Shown: positions 36,009 through 45,538 of the stretch, in pieces
How the letters are laid out: every line of letters starts with the position of its first letter
Position numbering within the stretch: the first letter of the stretch is position 1
NCBI GenBank assembly: GCA_964623885.1
Contig: CAZUVM010000003.1
Location: forward strand, 5,001 to 69,000
DNA from: an uncultured Verrucomicrobiota bacterium
GTDB taxonomy: Bacteria > Verrucomicrobiota > Verrucomicrobiia > Limisphaerales > UBA8199
Length of the DNA: 64,000 nt
Direction of reading: 5' to 3'
Translations under genes and position numbers: made by a program
The notes under the pieces: model-generated
The model's input: only the letters and a program-made list of their open reading frames with translations
Databases searched by the model: none
What the model was told of the DNA's origin: nothing

Positions 36009-36109
36009 TAGCCGGTTCGGCCGGGTCTCGCGACTGCCTATCGGCTGGAGTAGCAGCGGATCTGACTGCTTCGTTTTAGGTTCTCGTCGACCTGGGCTGC
36101 TGCTTCGGA

Positions 36110-36769
36110 CTATGCGTTTCTACCGCGGCGTTTTCGCGCCAGTAAGGCGGCCGCACCTAGAGCTGCCAGGGCGCAAGTGGAAGGTTCAGGCGCCGCGACC
36201 GTCTGGACTCCGACACCTGGCGTGCTCTGGTAAGCCCAGTCCACCAAAGTGAGGGTGGTTGCGTTTGGGTCATCGATGAAATGGAGCCAGCCGTAGCTGG
36301 TTCCGCCGGAAAGAGCCAATTCAAACCCAACGAAAGCATCGGTAACCGCCGTGTTGCTCCAATCACCGGCGACGGTTTGGGAGTCGTCCTGGTACATATA
36401 CCCGCGGGCGAAATTGGTCGGGAAGGAAGCGGCATAGGTGGCATCAATCATGGTGCCGGCCGGAGTAACAGGAAATCCTTTTGAACCGGGCTTTTCAAAA
36501 AGTCCCATGATTCCGCTTTGTCCAGGGATTTGAGTGCTCACCGACGTGCGAGTGTCGACGTATGGCTTCAAGTTGTTGGCATCGTAACCGAACGTGAAGT
36601 CATTCGTGCCGCTCACTCCCATGTTGATCGCCTGGCGAGAATTCGAGGAATCCGCGCTATTGTATGGTTGTACCAGATTTAGTGACCCGGAGTATACGAC
36701 TGAGCCTTGGGCTACGCCGGCAGTCAAAGCGGAAGCTGAAGCCAGAACAATCGATTTCCTTTTATTCAT
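36110..36769 (-). CDS. PEP-CTERM sorting-domain secreted protein
   Basis: Signal peptide MNKRKSIVLASASALTAGVAQG. The C-terminus VAAPEPSTCALAALGAAALLARKRRGRNA has a PEP motif, a TM helix and an Arg-rich tail. Confidence 0.9.
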   Translation of the reverse strand: MNKRKSIVLASASALTAGVAQGSVVYSGSLNLVQPYNSADSSNSRQAINMGVSGTNDFTFGYDANNLKPYVDTRTSVSTQIPGQSGIMGLFEKPGSKGFPVTPAGTMIDATYAASFPTNFARGYMYQDDSQTVAGDWSNTAVTDAFVGFELALSGGTSYGWLHFIDDPNATTLTLVDWAYQSTPGVGVQTVAAPEPSTCALAALGAAALLARKRRGRNA

Positions 36770-36952
36770 AGGGGTGGGATTCGCTGGGGTTTTTCAAATT
36801 ATCGCAGCTCGAGGGAAACCATACAGCAGAGTTTGTATAGACTTTTGAACAGGCTGGCAAGCAAATATTTGACATTCAGCGTACGGGGAGCGCATTTTGA
36901 AAGTACCACCAGGTGCCCTGCCCCTTGGTGGTTGTGAGCAGATGCGCCCGCG

Positions 36953-37822
36953 CTACGGATTCAGGAGCAACGCCGGAAACCGTTGTGCAGTCCACTGAGC
37001 GTCGAGGCAGGGAGTGGTGGGCCCCGAGCGCGTGGGGTAGCCTTTGGGTGTTACCCATTTATGTGCCAGGGCATGGCCGTCGACAAAATTCATGGTGCTC
37101 TTAGAGCCATGGTTTACCGCCGGGTAGTCGAGCCAGGTTGCGTTCGCAAAATCGGGCGGCGAGCCAATGTTCATAATGAAGCCGCCGAGGTTCTCAGTAA
37201 AGGGGGGGCGGCACTGGTTCAGGCGATCATCAGCTTCTTCGATCCATATAATACGATCAGCGGGGTGGAGAACCTGGGTTTCCTTATAGATAACGTTGTT
37301 CATACCAATGTCTCCGCCCAAAGCTTGATAGCTGCCGTTGAGATAGCCGGTTCCGGAATAGCTATCGTAAGCAAACTGGACTCCGGCAAGCTTAGAACGC
37401 AAATCGCCAGGGCAATGGATGATCGCGGGGTTCGGAGCGTACTGCCAAAGCGCTCCATATCGATAGGTAAGCTGAATTACCTTGGTGGCAAAATCGCTTC
37501 CGGTAAGCCCAGCCAACGATGGATCCAAGTTAATCTTAGGATCGTTGCTCTGAATCCGCCATGGCCATGCAGGTGCGGGCAAGGACTCCTCGAGGGCGAC
37601 AATCCGATCATTATTATCGGCGGCGTACATTTTCCAAGCCGTGGCTAATTGACGCTCATTATTGAGGCAACTGACTTCGGTGGCCTTCAGCTTGGCGCGC
37701 TGGAGGGCCGGCAGGAGCATCGCGGCCAGAATCGCGATAATGGCAATGACCACGAGCAGTTCGATCAAAGTGAAAGCGGCGTGGACACGCCGGTGCTGCC
37801 GCCTGGTCCGCGGGGGGTTCAT
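36953..37822 (-). CDS. Prepilin-type N-terminal methylation domain protein, H-X9-DG family (DUF1559-like)
   Basis: [26 protein letters not shown]-terminus. The C-terminal [15 protein letters not shown] is an exact H-X9-DG motif. The start is ATG 37822 ([12 protein letters not shown]). Confidence 0.9.
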   Translation of the reverse strand: MNPPRTRRQHRRVHAAFTLIELLVVIAIIAILAAMLLPALQRAKLKATEVSCLNNERQLATAWKMYAADNNDRIVALEESLPAPAWPWRIQSNDPKINLDPSLAGLTGSDFATKVIQLTYRYGALWQYAPNPAIIHCPGDLRSKLAGVQFAYDSYSGTGYLNGSYQALGGDIGMNNVIYKETQVLHPADRIIWIEEADDRLNQCRPPFTENLGGFIMNIGSPPDFANATWLDYPAVNHGSKSTMNFVDGHALAHKWVTPKGYPTRSGPTTPCLDAQWTAQRFPALLLNP

Positions 37823-37980
37823 CGCTTCCAATGTGTGATTGTATGTACAATAGCAGGATACCAGTCTGTATCTTTTGCGACAAGCAGAATGTGCTTGCCA
37901 CGAAGGTGCTCTCATTGCTAAAGAACGTACGTTCGCAAGATTGGCTGACGCATATCCTTGAGCGAAAAACCCCTACTTCC

Positions 37981-40143
37981 ATGAATACAAAACGCACTCT
38001 CCTCATCTGTTCAAGCTCCGCTTTAGCCGCCGGTGCCGCTCAGGCTGCAGTGCATTATACCGGAGGCGTGAACATGGTCTACCCCTTGCCTCCATCTCCC
38101 GGGCAAACTTTGTTTGATCTTAACAATGACGGCATACCTGATTTTGCGCTTGGGTTCGACGGGTACACTTCTGCCAACCACCAGAAGCCCTATGTTGCGG
38201 GATACCCCGCCGATAGCATCAACGGTTCCACTGCTGTTCTGGTCCGTCTTTATCCTCCATATGACAACAACGGCACTACTGTCTCGGACGCGTATGGCCT
38301 GCCAGTGACGGCTTTTGGTACGGTGATCGATCAAAACTATCTGGCTCCAAATCTTAGCAGTGACCACCAGAACCGATCGTACTTCGATCAGAATGGCGAT
38401 GGGAAATATGTGGGTGACTGGGTGACCGGCGCGAAAACCGAGGGGTATGTAGGGCTGGAGCTGTTTAACCTCTCGCTTTCGACGACAAACTATGGTTGGG
38501 CACATATCATCTTTGACGACACAGCCAATCCTCAGACCCTTACGCTGGTGGATTACGCCTACGAAGACGGCAACGTGGTTGGCATCGTGGCCGGCTCGAC
38601 GAACACCGTGGGTGCGCCGACGATTTATACCGAGCCCCAATCGCAGACCGTGCCGTTTGGCGCGGATGTGCAGATGAAAGTGACGGTCCTGGCAAACCCA
38701 CTACCGAATTATCAATGGAAAGCAGGCGTGATCGGCAGCGGTGTGTATACAAATCTAACGGACGGAGGCTCAATCTCGGGCTCCAGGTCGGCCACGCTTT
38801 CCATTAACGGCGCGGTGAACGCCAACATGCTGGATTACGTTGTGGCCATCACCAACACATTGGGTGGGGTGATCAGCAGTCCCCCAGCAACGTTGACAGT
38901 CATCCCGCCAACAGCGGCTCCTACGCCCCAGGTACTATACGGCGGCCTGACCGGACGGTTCCACGTGGACGTGGCCAGCGGGTTTTCAGCCACATACCAC
39001 TGGCGCCAAAATGGAGTGAACCTTACCGACGGGGGACGCATCAGCGGGTCCGGGACGCCGAATTTGGCGATCAGCAATCTGCAAGGAACGGATGTCGGCA
39101 GTTATGACCTCGTGATCACGCTCGGTTCGCTTTCTGTGACCAGCTCGCCGTCGTCGCTAAGCGTTTTAGCGTTGGACGGGCAGAGCACGTATGAAGCAGC
39201 CGTAACCGCCGCTCGGCCGATTGCTTATTACCGCCTCAATGAGACGGCGGATCCATCGAGCAGTAACGCAGTCGCGTACGACAATGTGGGCGCGTTTAAC
39301 GGTGTGTATGGCGTCGACGTAACGAATGGGCTGTCAGGAATCGCAGGTCCGCGTCCGACGGATGGTTTTCCGGGGTTTGCGGCTAATAACTTCGCGACGC
39401 GTTACGCGACGAATGATCCGGACTCCATGATCACACTAACTCCATGGCACTTGAACACGAACTTTGTGACTTTCACGGCGTGGATCAATCCCGCTAATCC
39501 GGTGCAGTCGCAAATGAATGGGATAGTCATGACTGGAACCACGAATGGCAGCTTTGCGGGCATTCGGTATTACTTCCAAGCCACGGCGGGCAATTGGGAC
39601 ATCGGATATGCCTGGAACGACATTACAGAAGCTTCCCTGTTCTGGGATTCGCAAATTGCGCCGCCCGCCGAGCAGTGGTCATTTGTCGGCTTGGTCGTCA
39701 CTCGGAGCAATGCGAGCATGTATGTGTTCAATGCCAATGGAGTGAGTACCGCGATCAGCGACGGTACCGCGACCGGACCATTCGGCCCGTTTACAAATCA
39801 GGTGATGGCCTTTGATACATCAGGCTATATCGGCGCGAACCCGGATGGCACAAAAGGCAGCCGCGATTTTGAGGGAACGATCGATGAAGTGGCCATTTTC
39901 AACCGCGCGATGGGGTCAAACGAGCTTCAGGCTCTTTACAATGCTGCGTTGGGCATTTTGCCGCCGGTAAACCTGCAAGTCGGTCATTTGGGAAACAATG
40001 TCCAGTTGACCTGGGGCACATTGGGACGCCTGCTGGAAGCAGATAATGTGAGGGGACCATGGAAAACGAATTCCCTCGCTGCATCGCCTTACACAATTTC
40101 GCCTACAAACTCCCAGAAGTTTTATCGCGTGCTGGTCCATTAG
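37981..40143 (+). CDS. Secreted multidomain protein: PEP-CTERM-protein-like N-domain, two Ig-like domains, LamG and a conserved C-terminal tail
   Basis: ATG 37981 gives the signal peptide MNTKRTLLICSSSALAAGAAQA. The N-domain is paralogous to the product of 36110-36769. There are two Ig I-set-like repeats (YQWKAG..., YHWRQNG...). The LamG hallmark FEGTIDEVAIFNRAM is present, and the protein ends ...GPW...KFYRVLVH. Confidence 0.88.
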   Translation: MNTKRTLLICSSSALAAGAAQAAVHYTGGVNMVYPLPPSPGQTLFDLNNDGIPDFALGFDGYTSANHQKPYVAGYPADSINGSTAVLVRLYPPYDNNGTTVSDAYGLPVTAFGTVIDQNYLAPNLSSDHQNRSYFDQNGDGKYVGDWVTGAKTEGYVGLELFNLSLSTTNYGWAHIIFDDTANPQTLTLVDYAYEDGNVVGIVAGSTNTVGAPTIYTEPQSQTVPFGADVQMKVTVLANPLPNYQWKAGVIGSGVYTNLTDGGSISGSRSATLSINGAVNANMLDYVVAITNTLGGVISSPPATLTVIPPTAAPTPQVLYGGLTGRFHVDVASGFSATYHWRQNGVNLTDGGRISGSGTPNLAISNLQGTDVGSYDLVITLGSLSVTSSPSSLSVLALDGQSTYEAAVTAARPIAYYRLNETADPSSSNAVAYDNVGAFNGVYGVDVTNGLSGIAGPRPTDGFPGFAANNFATRYATNDPDSMITLTPWHLNTNFVTFTAWINPANPVQSQMNGIVMTGTTNGSFAGIRYYFQATAGNWDIGYAWNDITEASLFWDSQIAPPAEQWSFVGLVVTRSNASMYVFNANGVSTAISDGTATGPFGPFTNQVMAFDTSGYIGANPDGTKGSRDFEGTIDEVAIFNRAMGSNELQALYNAALGILPPVNLQVGHLGNNVQLTWGTLGRLLEADNVRGPWKTNSLAASPYTISPTNSQKFYRVLVH

Positions 40144-42002
40144 CGTAGGTCCGTTTTCGCCAGCCCGGCGCGTCTTGAGTAAACTTCAGCGGCGCGATTA
40201 CCGGGCTGAAGACGGAGGACGGTTTGGATGGCGTCGCGCGCGTCGGCCCATTTGCCTTGTGAGAGGAACGCGCGCGCGAGCACCAGGTGTGCTTGGGGCT
40301 GGAAATAATTGAGACCAAGCGCGCGGTTGGCAGCAGCGATGGCGGCGTCGGGCTGGCCCAGCCGCAGACTGGCTTCGGCCAGACCGAGCCAGGCCAGCGG
40401 CTGGTTTTCATCGAGCTGGAGAACCTGGCGGGCAAGCGCAGCCAGCGCATTCCATTCGCGGAGCCGCCACAGGCTCATTCCAAGCCGGCGCAATGCTTCG
40501 GGTTCGGAGGGCTTGAGTTGCTGAACTTCCTCAACTAATCGACGCGCTTCTTTCCAGTTGCGTTGGGCGAGCGCCAATTCGAGCCGGGGCAGGAGCGACC
40601 AAATTCCGGGAGGAATTGCTTCGAGCAAAACGCTGAGCGTCTCTGCGGCTTCCGTGGTTCGGCCGACTGTAAGCTGACACTGGAACAGGGTGTGGCCGAA
40701 TTCGGAACGCTCCGGAAAAGAACGAAACAATTTGTCCAACAGCGGCAATGCCTGTTCGTAGCGCGCCGCGTCCAGCAAAGAAAGCGCGAGGTTCCTCTGG
40801 CATTCCAGGTCCAGCCGCTGCGCAAGCGGATGGCTGGATGGACCGGAGGCGGCAGGTTGTTCCTGATCCATACGCGGCTGCCCTTCCGATTCCCAACTAG
40901 CCACGCGAGCCACGCTGGGAGACGTTGTAAACGACTCGAGCAACACTCGCCCTTCCATGTCATCGCCGATCGGGAGTCCAAACCAATTAAGGATGGTAGG
41001 GGTGACATCATGAATACTCGCGCCCAGAAGCAATGAGTCCGTACGGAATCCTGGACCGGCCATGGCCAGAATTCCGTACGGCGTCTTCCAAACCTCATTG
41101 TCGCGCGTTTGAAAATAATTGGCCGGCAGGTTTGGGTTAACGCCGTGGGCGGAGGCCAAGATTACAGCCGTGTCCTGGCCAACGGCCTGGACCAATGTAT
41201 TCAAGAGGCGATCGAGCACCACGCAGGCGGTATCGATGACCTGGTAGTACATCTGAAACTCGTCAGGCGAAACCCAATCGCGTTTTGGCGGAGAGAACGA
41301 AAGAAAGGTCGCGCAGATGGCGCCGAACGCTGGCAAATGCACTGCCGCGAAATCCCAATTCCCGGCGGAAACCAGGCGCATTATGGCGGCATGATGAGAA
41401 AAATCGGCGGCAAGATAGACGCGCAACAGCCCGAGACGGTGATCGCGCTTTTGATCGATCTTTTGCCAATCGGGGATGTAGCGCGAGATGATATCCGCCT
41501 GGATATCTGCGGGACTGAGGCGCAATCCATCGAGTTGCGAACCAAGCTCATTCGGCCAATAAGTTCCGGCGATTGCGGGAGGCCAGGGTTTCACCCCCGG
41601 CCCCGCGGTGGGCTCGGAGTAGCGGTTAGAAACAATCACCGCGTGGTCGCTGTGCGCGCCGTGCGTGGCCGGCCAGCCCACGAGTAACGACTTTTTGCCT
41701 TCGCGCCCGAGCATTTCCCAAAGCGGAAGCGAGCGGCGCTGCGCGTCAGGAACAGCTACGGGTCTTTGGGCGGCCTGGTCCCACTGGAACTGGTGACAGA
41801 CGCGGTGCTGCCAGGGACGTTTACCGGTGACAAGCGAAGTCCATTGCGCTGCAGGAGCGAGCGGTTGGCCGCTGAGCAGCGTGCCGGAGACGCCATTTTC
41901 AACGATACGATCGAATGCAGGCATCCGGCCCGAATCAATCAGCGGGTGCAAGATCTTCCAATCGGCGGCTTCCCACCCGATGAGCAGCAATTTTTTGGAC
42001 AT
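40140..42002 (-). CDS. Alkaline-phosphatase-superfamily (type I phosphodiesterase/nucleotide pyrophosphatase-like) protein fused to C-terminal TPR repeats
   Basis: The N-terminus KKLLLIGWEAADWKILHPLIDSGRMPAFDRIVENG...WTSLVTGKRP is typical of AP-superfamily PglZ/NPP-like proteins. The last ~230 aa are TPR-like helical repeats. Its stop overlaps the stop of the convergent gene by 4 nt. Confidence 0.75.
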   Translation of the reverse strand: MSKKLLLIGWEAADWKILHPLIDSGRMPAFDRIVENGVSGTLLSGQPLAPAAQWTSLVTGKRPWQHRVCHQFQWDQAAQRPVAVPDAQRRSLPLWEMLGREGKKSLLVGWPATHGAHSDHAVIVSNRYSEPTAGPGVKPWPPAIAGTYWPNELGSQLDGLRLSPADIQADIISRYIPDWQKIDQKRDHRLGLLRVYLAADFSHHAAIMRLVSAGNWDFAAVHLPAFGAICATFLSFSPPKRDWVSPDEFQMYYQVIDTACVVLDRLLNTLVQAVGQDTAVILASAHGVNPNLPANYFQTRDNEVWKTPYGILAMAGPGFRTDSLLLGASIHDVTPTILNWFGLPIGDDMEGRVLLESFTTSPSVARVASWESEGQPRMDQEQPAASGPSSHPLAQRLDLECQRNLALSLLDAARYEQALPLLDKLFRSFPERSEFGHTLFQCQLTVGRTTEAAETLSVLLEAIPPGIWSLLPRLELALAQRNWKEARRLVEEVQQLKPSEPEALRRLGMSLWRLREWNALAALARQVLQLDENQPLAWLGLAEASLRLGQPDAAIAAANRALGLNYFQPQAHLVLARAFLSQGKWADARDAIQTVLRLQPGNRAAEVYSRRAGLAKTDLR

Positions 42003-42006
42003 GCGC

Positions 42007-42924
42007 TTAGGGATTCAACATTTTGCCGAGCACGTGCATGCGCCCTAGTTCGCGCCCGCCCATGCGCAGCGCCAGATTAGCGGTCTGCCGGTGTTCCATC
42101 TCGCCGCTGCGAAAGCGAATCCAGTGAATAGGTCCGTCCGGTTGAACCTGGCGGACCACGTGATAGACCAGGCACAAATCTCCCAGAGAGCGCAGGCGTG
42201 GATTGGGCTCCACCACAACCTGGACGTCTACGAAAAGAACGTCCGCGGGAAACCGGGCTAGAAACGCACCAAAAGGACGGTCGCGGTCGAAAAGGACGCA
42301 CGAGAGTTCGGGGTGAAACGCGGAGGAAGCCGCGGTCTGCCAGCAATGCCTAACTTCATCCGGTGGCAGCAGCCGATGGGGCGCGATCAGTTCTAGAATC
42401 ACTTCCGGCGGGTGCCCGCAGATCGGAGCGGTTCGCCAACCCGGCGGAATCGCTGCCCGATGTCTTTCGTACAAGCTATTGATCCGCGTCCACGTGGGTC
42501 GGCTGGCGGTCTCGAAACAACGTTCGGAGCGAACACGCTCGAACCCGAATTGCTGAAGGAAGCCAAACCAGGGATGAGCATCCGGCAGCAAATCGGCATA
42601 ATGAATTGCCGTGAGTCCCGCCTGTCGCGCCGCACCGGCTACAGCGTCGACAAGGGGGGCCAGCGAATCCGTTTGCGGCAAGCCAGGCAAGCAAGTGAGT
42701 TGGAACCGCCCAATGCCGCCTTCCGGCCACCAGGCCGCGGCCGCAATGAACCGCGAGAGCGGGTGTGTCCGTTCCGCAACGAACAAACGCGAACCTTCGC
42801 GCAACCGAAGATTGCGAAAAAGGTGCAGTGCGCGCGAGAGTTCCGCCTGGGTCGGTGGGCGGATGACAAGCTCGGCGGGGGTGTCGGAACCAGCGGGAGG
42901 ACCGGATTGAAATTGATCGGGCAC
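42007..42924 (-). CDS. Hypothetical protein, possibly a tandem GNAT-like fold
   Basis: 305 aa, 4 nt upstream of the AP/TPR gene (operon). Segments such as AARQAGLTAIHYADLL...FLQQFGFERV resemble GNAT C-terminal motifs. The assignment is weak. Confidence 0.55.
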   Translation of the reverse strand: MPDQFQSGPPAGSDTPAELVIRPPTQAELSRALHLFRNLRLREGSRLFVAERTHPLSRFIAAAAWWPEGGIGRFQLTCLPGLPQTDSLAPLVDAVAGAARQAGLTAIHYADLLPDAHPWFGFLQQFGFERVRSERCFETASRPTWTRINSLYERHRAAIPPGWRTAPICGHPPEVILELIAPHRLLPPDEVRHCWQTAASSAFHPELSCVLFDRDRPFGAFLARFPADVLFVDVQVVVEPNPRLRSLGDLCLVYHVVRQVQPDGPIHWIRFRSGEMEHRQTANLALRMGGRELGRMHVLGKMLNP

Positions 42925-42941
42925 TCTGATAGCGTGCCAAT

Positions 42942-45338
42942 GTGTGTAGGCGTTGGCAGCGAGTCAAGAAGGGTTCCCTCGGCCACTGGTTCCCTGTTGT
43001 TGTGTTCGTCTTGCCGCTGATTGCTTCTTCAATTACGGAGACTGTTCGAGCCTACACTCCTAAATTCCCATTGAAACAAGGCTGGCTTGGGGCCGACACG
43101 GCGGGATCCATTCCACTCGACGGACGCCATCGGGTGCTGTGGATGTTCAGCGACACCTACGTGCGCCAGGATACGGGGACCAACCGGCATGGAGCCGGCC
43201 TGGTGAACAACTCGTTGGCGGTGACCACCTGGAACGGCTACGCCACGAATATCGATTATTACATTCGCGGCCGCGATCAAGGAGCAATGACTTCTGTTTT
43301 TCCAAGCCCGGGGTCGGACACGAACGGCAACTGGTGGTACTGGGTCAGTGACGGGTTCAAATACAACGGCAAACTCTACGTTTTTCTCGACCGCGAACGA
43401 CGGACGGGGACGACGATGTGGAGTTTCCAGCACTTTGCGACGGACATGGCCATCCTGGACAATGTGGACAGTGAACTCAACCCGCTCCTTTGGCCGCTGA
43501 CGATTAAAAAGGATGTGCTGGACAGTACGAACTTCATGGTTGGAGTCTCCGCGTACCTCGATACGACCAACGGTTATGCGTTCTTATGGGGAACGAAGAC
43601 AGCCAACATCAGCGGCTGGAATTACGTTTACATGGTGCTGTTTCGGCTGCCGTTGAACTCGTTGGATAACCCGGGAGCCAGCCTAGAGTATTACACCACG
43701 CTCGGCGCATGGCGAAGCGCGACCGGTTCTGATCTTAGTGACGCGCAGTTAATCATGCCAAATGGTTCGCCCGATTTTTCAATCCGCTTTCATCGCGACC
43801 TGGGGACGTATGTCGATATCCAGTGTGACGACGGTTTTCCCGCCGCAAATATCTGGAAACGAACATCGAGTTCTCCTTTGAGCGGCTGGCCGAGCGGGAG
43901 CGGCGCCACAACCCTGGTCACCTTTGCCAATGAGCCAGTATATTATCCATGGCCGGCCTTTTTTTATGCGGCCAAAGAGCACATTGAGTTTTATTCGCCG
44001 GTCAGCGGGCGGGCCTTGCTCACGTATTGCGATAATTCGGGCGATTCGGGCGCGAACAGCATCACAAACGTTTTGAACAACAATTCGCTCTATGTGCCTG
44101 TCCCGAAATGGGTTCAACTAGGCCCGAGCAACCAGGATAATCCGCCCGACTCTTGCGCGATCGTCTCGCCATCAGATGGTCAGAGCTTCTCCGGTCCTGC
44201 GGATATCACGGTGAATGTCAGCGCGACGGATCCGGATGCGAACGATACGATTGTGCTGGTGAATGTGTTTCTCGACGGCGTGCTGACGGCTTCGATAGGG
44301 ACACCACCTTTTAGCTGCGTGCTTCACAGTGTGGGTGCTGGCCAACATACTCTTTACGCTGAAGCTTACGATACGGTGGAAGCCAAAACGGTTTCGCCGG
44401 CGATCCATATCTCGGTGGCACCGTTCACGCTGCGGGATTACACCATGCAAGTGCTCGCCGACTCACCGCTTTACTATTGGCGATTCAACGAAACCAACGG
44501 CAGCACGATCGCCGGGGAGTATTACGGCCGGCTGGACGGGCTATATGGGAGCAACACCACGAACGGTGTGCCCGCACCAAGCGCACCGACTTTCTATGGT
44601 TTCGAGACCAACAACCTGGCCGTCGCGCTAAACGCTACGGCGCCCGCCTCCGGCGCAGGCTACGTCGCGGTCCCCGCGTTGAACCTGAACACGAACGCGG
44701 TCAGCGTGGTGGCCTGGGTGTACCCGTTCGCGCCGGTGACCAATGGCGCCGGGATTCTTTTTTCACGCGGCAGCACCTATGCCGTTGGGTTGAGCTATCT
44801 CGGCGGCGCTCGCACGTTTCCAAACCAGCTCAGTTATACGTGGAACCAGACCAATGCCGCGACCTATACCTGGCCAAGCCGAGTGTTCACTCCGCCCGGC
44901 CAATGGTCGTTTGTGGCACTGACGATCTCGCCAACGCAAGCGGTCCTTTATGCCGCCACCAATGGTCTGCTCACTGCCTCGACGAATGCGATCGCACACA
45001 CAAATGAATTATGGGACGGCCCAACGGCGATTGGGTCTGACACCGCAAGCGGACCCAGCCGGGCATTTAATGGCAAAATCGACGAAGTAGCCGTGTACAA
45101 TTACACGCTCAGCCCAGCCCAGGTCGCGAGCCTGTATCAGACCGCCCTCATAGGCGGCCCGGTTACCCTCCATTACCAGGTCACAACAACCAACCTGTTA
45201 TTGAACTGGGTTCACGGCACACTTATGTCCGCGTCGGACCCGAACGGACCGTGGATATCGGTTCAGGGCGCGTCGCCACCCTCATTTGGGGTAACACCAG
45301 GAGATCACCTGTTCTACCGGGTGCAGGTTTATCCTTAA
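42942..45338 (+). CDS. Secreted beta-propeller glycosidase-like (DUF4185-like) protein with Ig-like domain, LamG and conserved C-terminal tail
   Basis: GTG start with a signal-like N-terminus (KKGSLGHWFPVVVFVLPLIASS). GWLGADTAGSIPL...VLWMFSDTYV is paralogous to the C-terminal domain of the 48019-51009 product. The LamG hallmark FNGKIDEVAVYNYTL is present, and the protein ends ...GPW...LFYRVQVYP. Confidence 0.85.
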   Translation: MCRRWQRVKKGSLGHWFPVVVFVLPLIASSITETVRAYTPKFPLKQGWLGADTAGSIPLDGRHRVLWMFSDTYVRQDTGTNRHGAGLVNNSLAVTTWNGYATNIDYYIRGRDQGAMTSVFPSPGSDTNGNWWYWVSDGFKYNGKLYVFLDRERRTGTTMWSFQHFATDMAILDNVDSELNPLLWPLTIKKDVLDSTNFMVGVSAYLDTTNGYAFLWGTKTANISGWNYVYMVLFRLPLNSLDNPGASLEYYTTLGAWRSATGSDLSDAQLIMPNGSPDFSIRFHRDLGTYVDIQCDDGFPAANIWKRTSSSPLSGWPSGSGATTLVTFANEPVYYPWPAFFYAAKEHIEFYSPVSGRALLTYCDNSGDSGANSITNVLNNNSLYVPVPKWVQLGPSNQDNPPDSCAIVSPSDGQSFSGPADITVNVSATDPDANDTIVLVNVFLDGVLTASIGTPPFSCVLHSVGAGQHTLYAEAYDTVEAKTVSPAIHISVAPFTLRDYTMQVLADSPLYYWRFNETNGSTIAGEYYGRLDGLYGSNTTNGVPAPSAPTFYGFETNNLAVALNATAPASGAGYVAVPALNLNTNAVSVVAWVYPFAPVTNGAGILFSRGSTYAVGLSYLGGARTFPNQLSYTWNQTNAATYTWPSRVFTPPGQWSFVALTISPTQAVLYAATNGLLTASTNAIAHTNELWDGPTAIGSDTASGPSRAFNGKIDEVAVYNYTLSPAQVASLYQTALIGGPVTLHYQVTTTNLLLNWVHGTLMSASDPNGPWISVQGASPPSFGVTPGDHLFYRVQVYP

Positions 45339-45357
45339 GCCGTGACGATTCAGTTTC

Positions 45358-45512
45358 AACCACGGATGGACACGGATGAACACAGATAAAGCCGAACTGG
45401 CCAACCATTTGCTAGAACGCGCGGAGGTCACCCAATGGTGAGCTTCCACCTTCCTTTGCTGGGCTCCGAATTCATTCGGTAAATCCGTGTTTATCTGTGT
45501 TCATCCGTGGTT
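45358..45512. repeat. Family C inverted-repeat module (arms AACCACGGATGGACACGGATGAACACAGATAAA / inverse) with 90-nt spacer
   Basis: The left arm is 45358-45390 and the right arm is 45481-45512. The 11-nt (AACCACGGATG) and 13-nt (GAACACAGATAAA) blocks pair perfectly. The module lies between two convergent genes. Confidence 0.8.
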
Positions 45513-45538
45513 TTCTTCTGCATGGCTACGGCTTAAGC

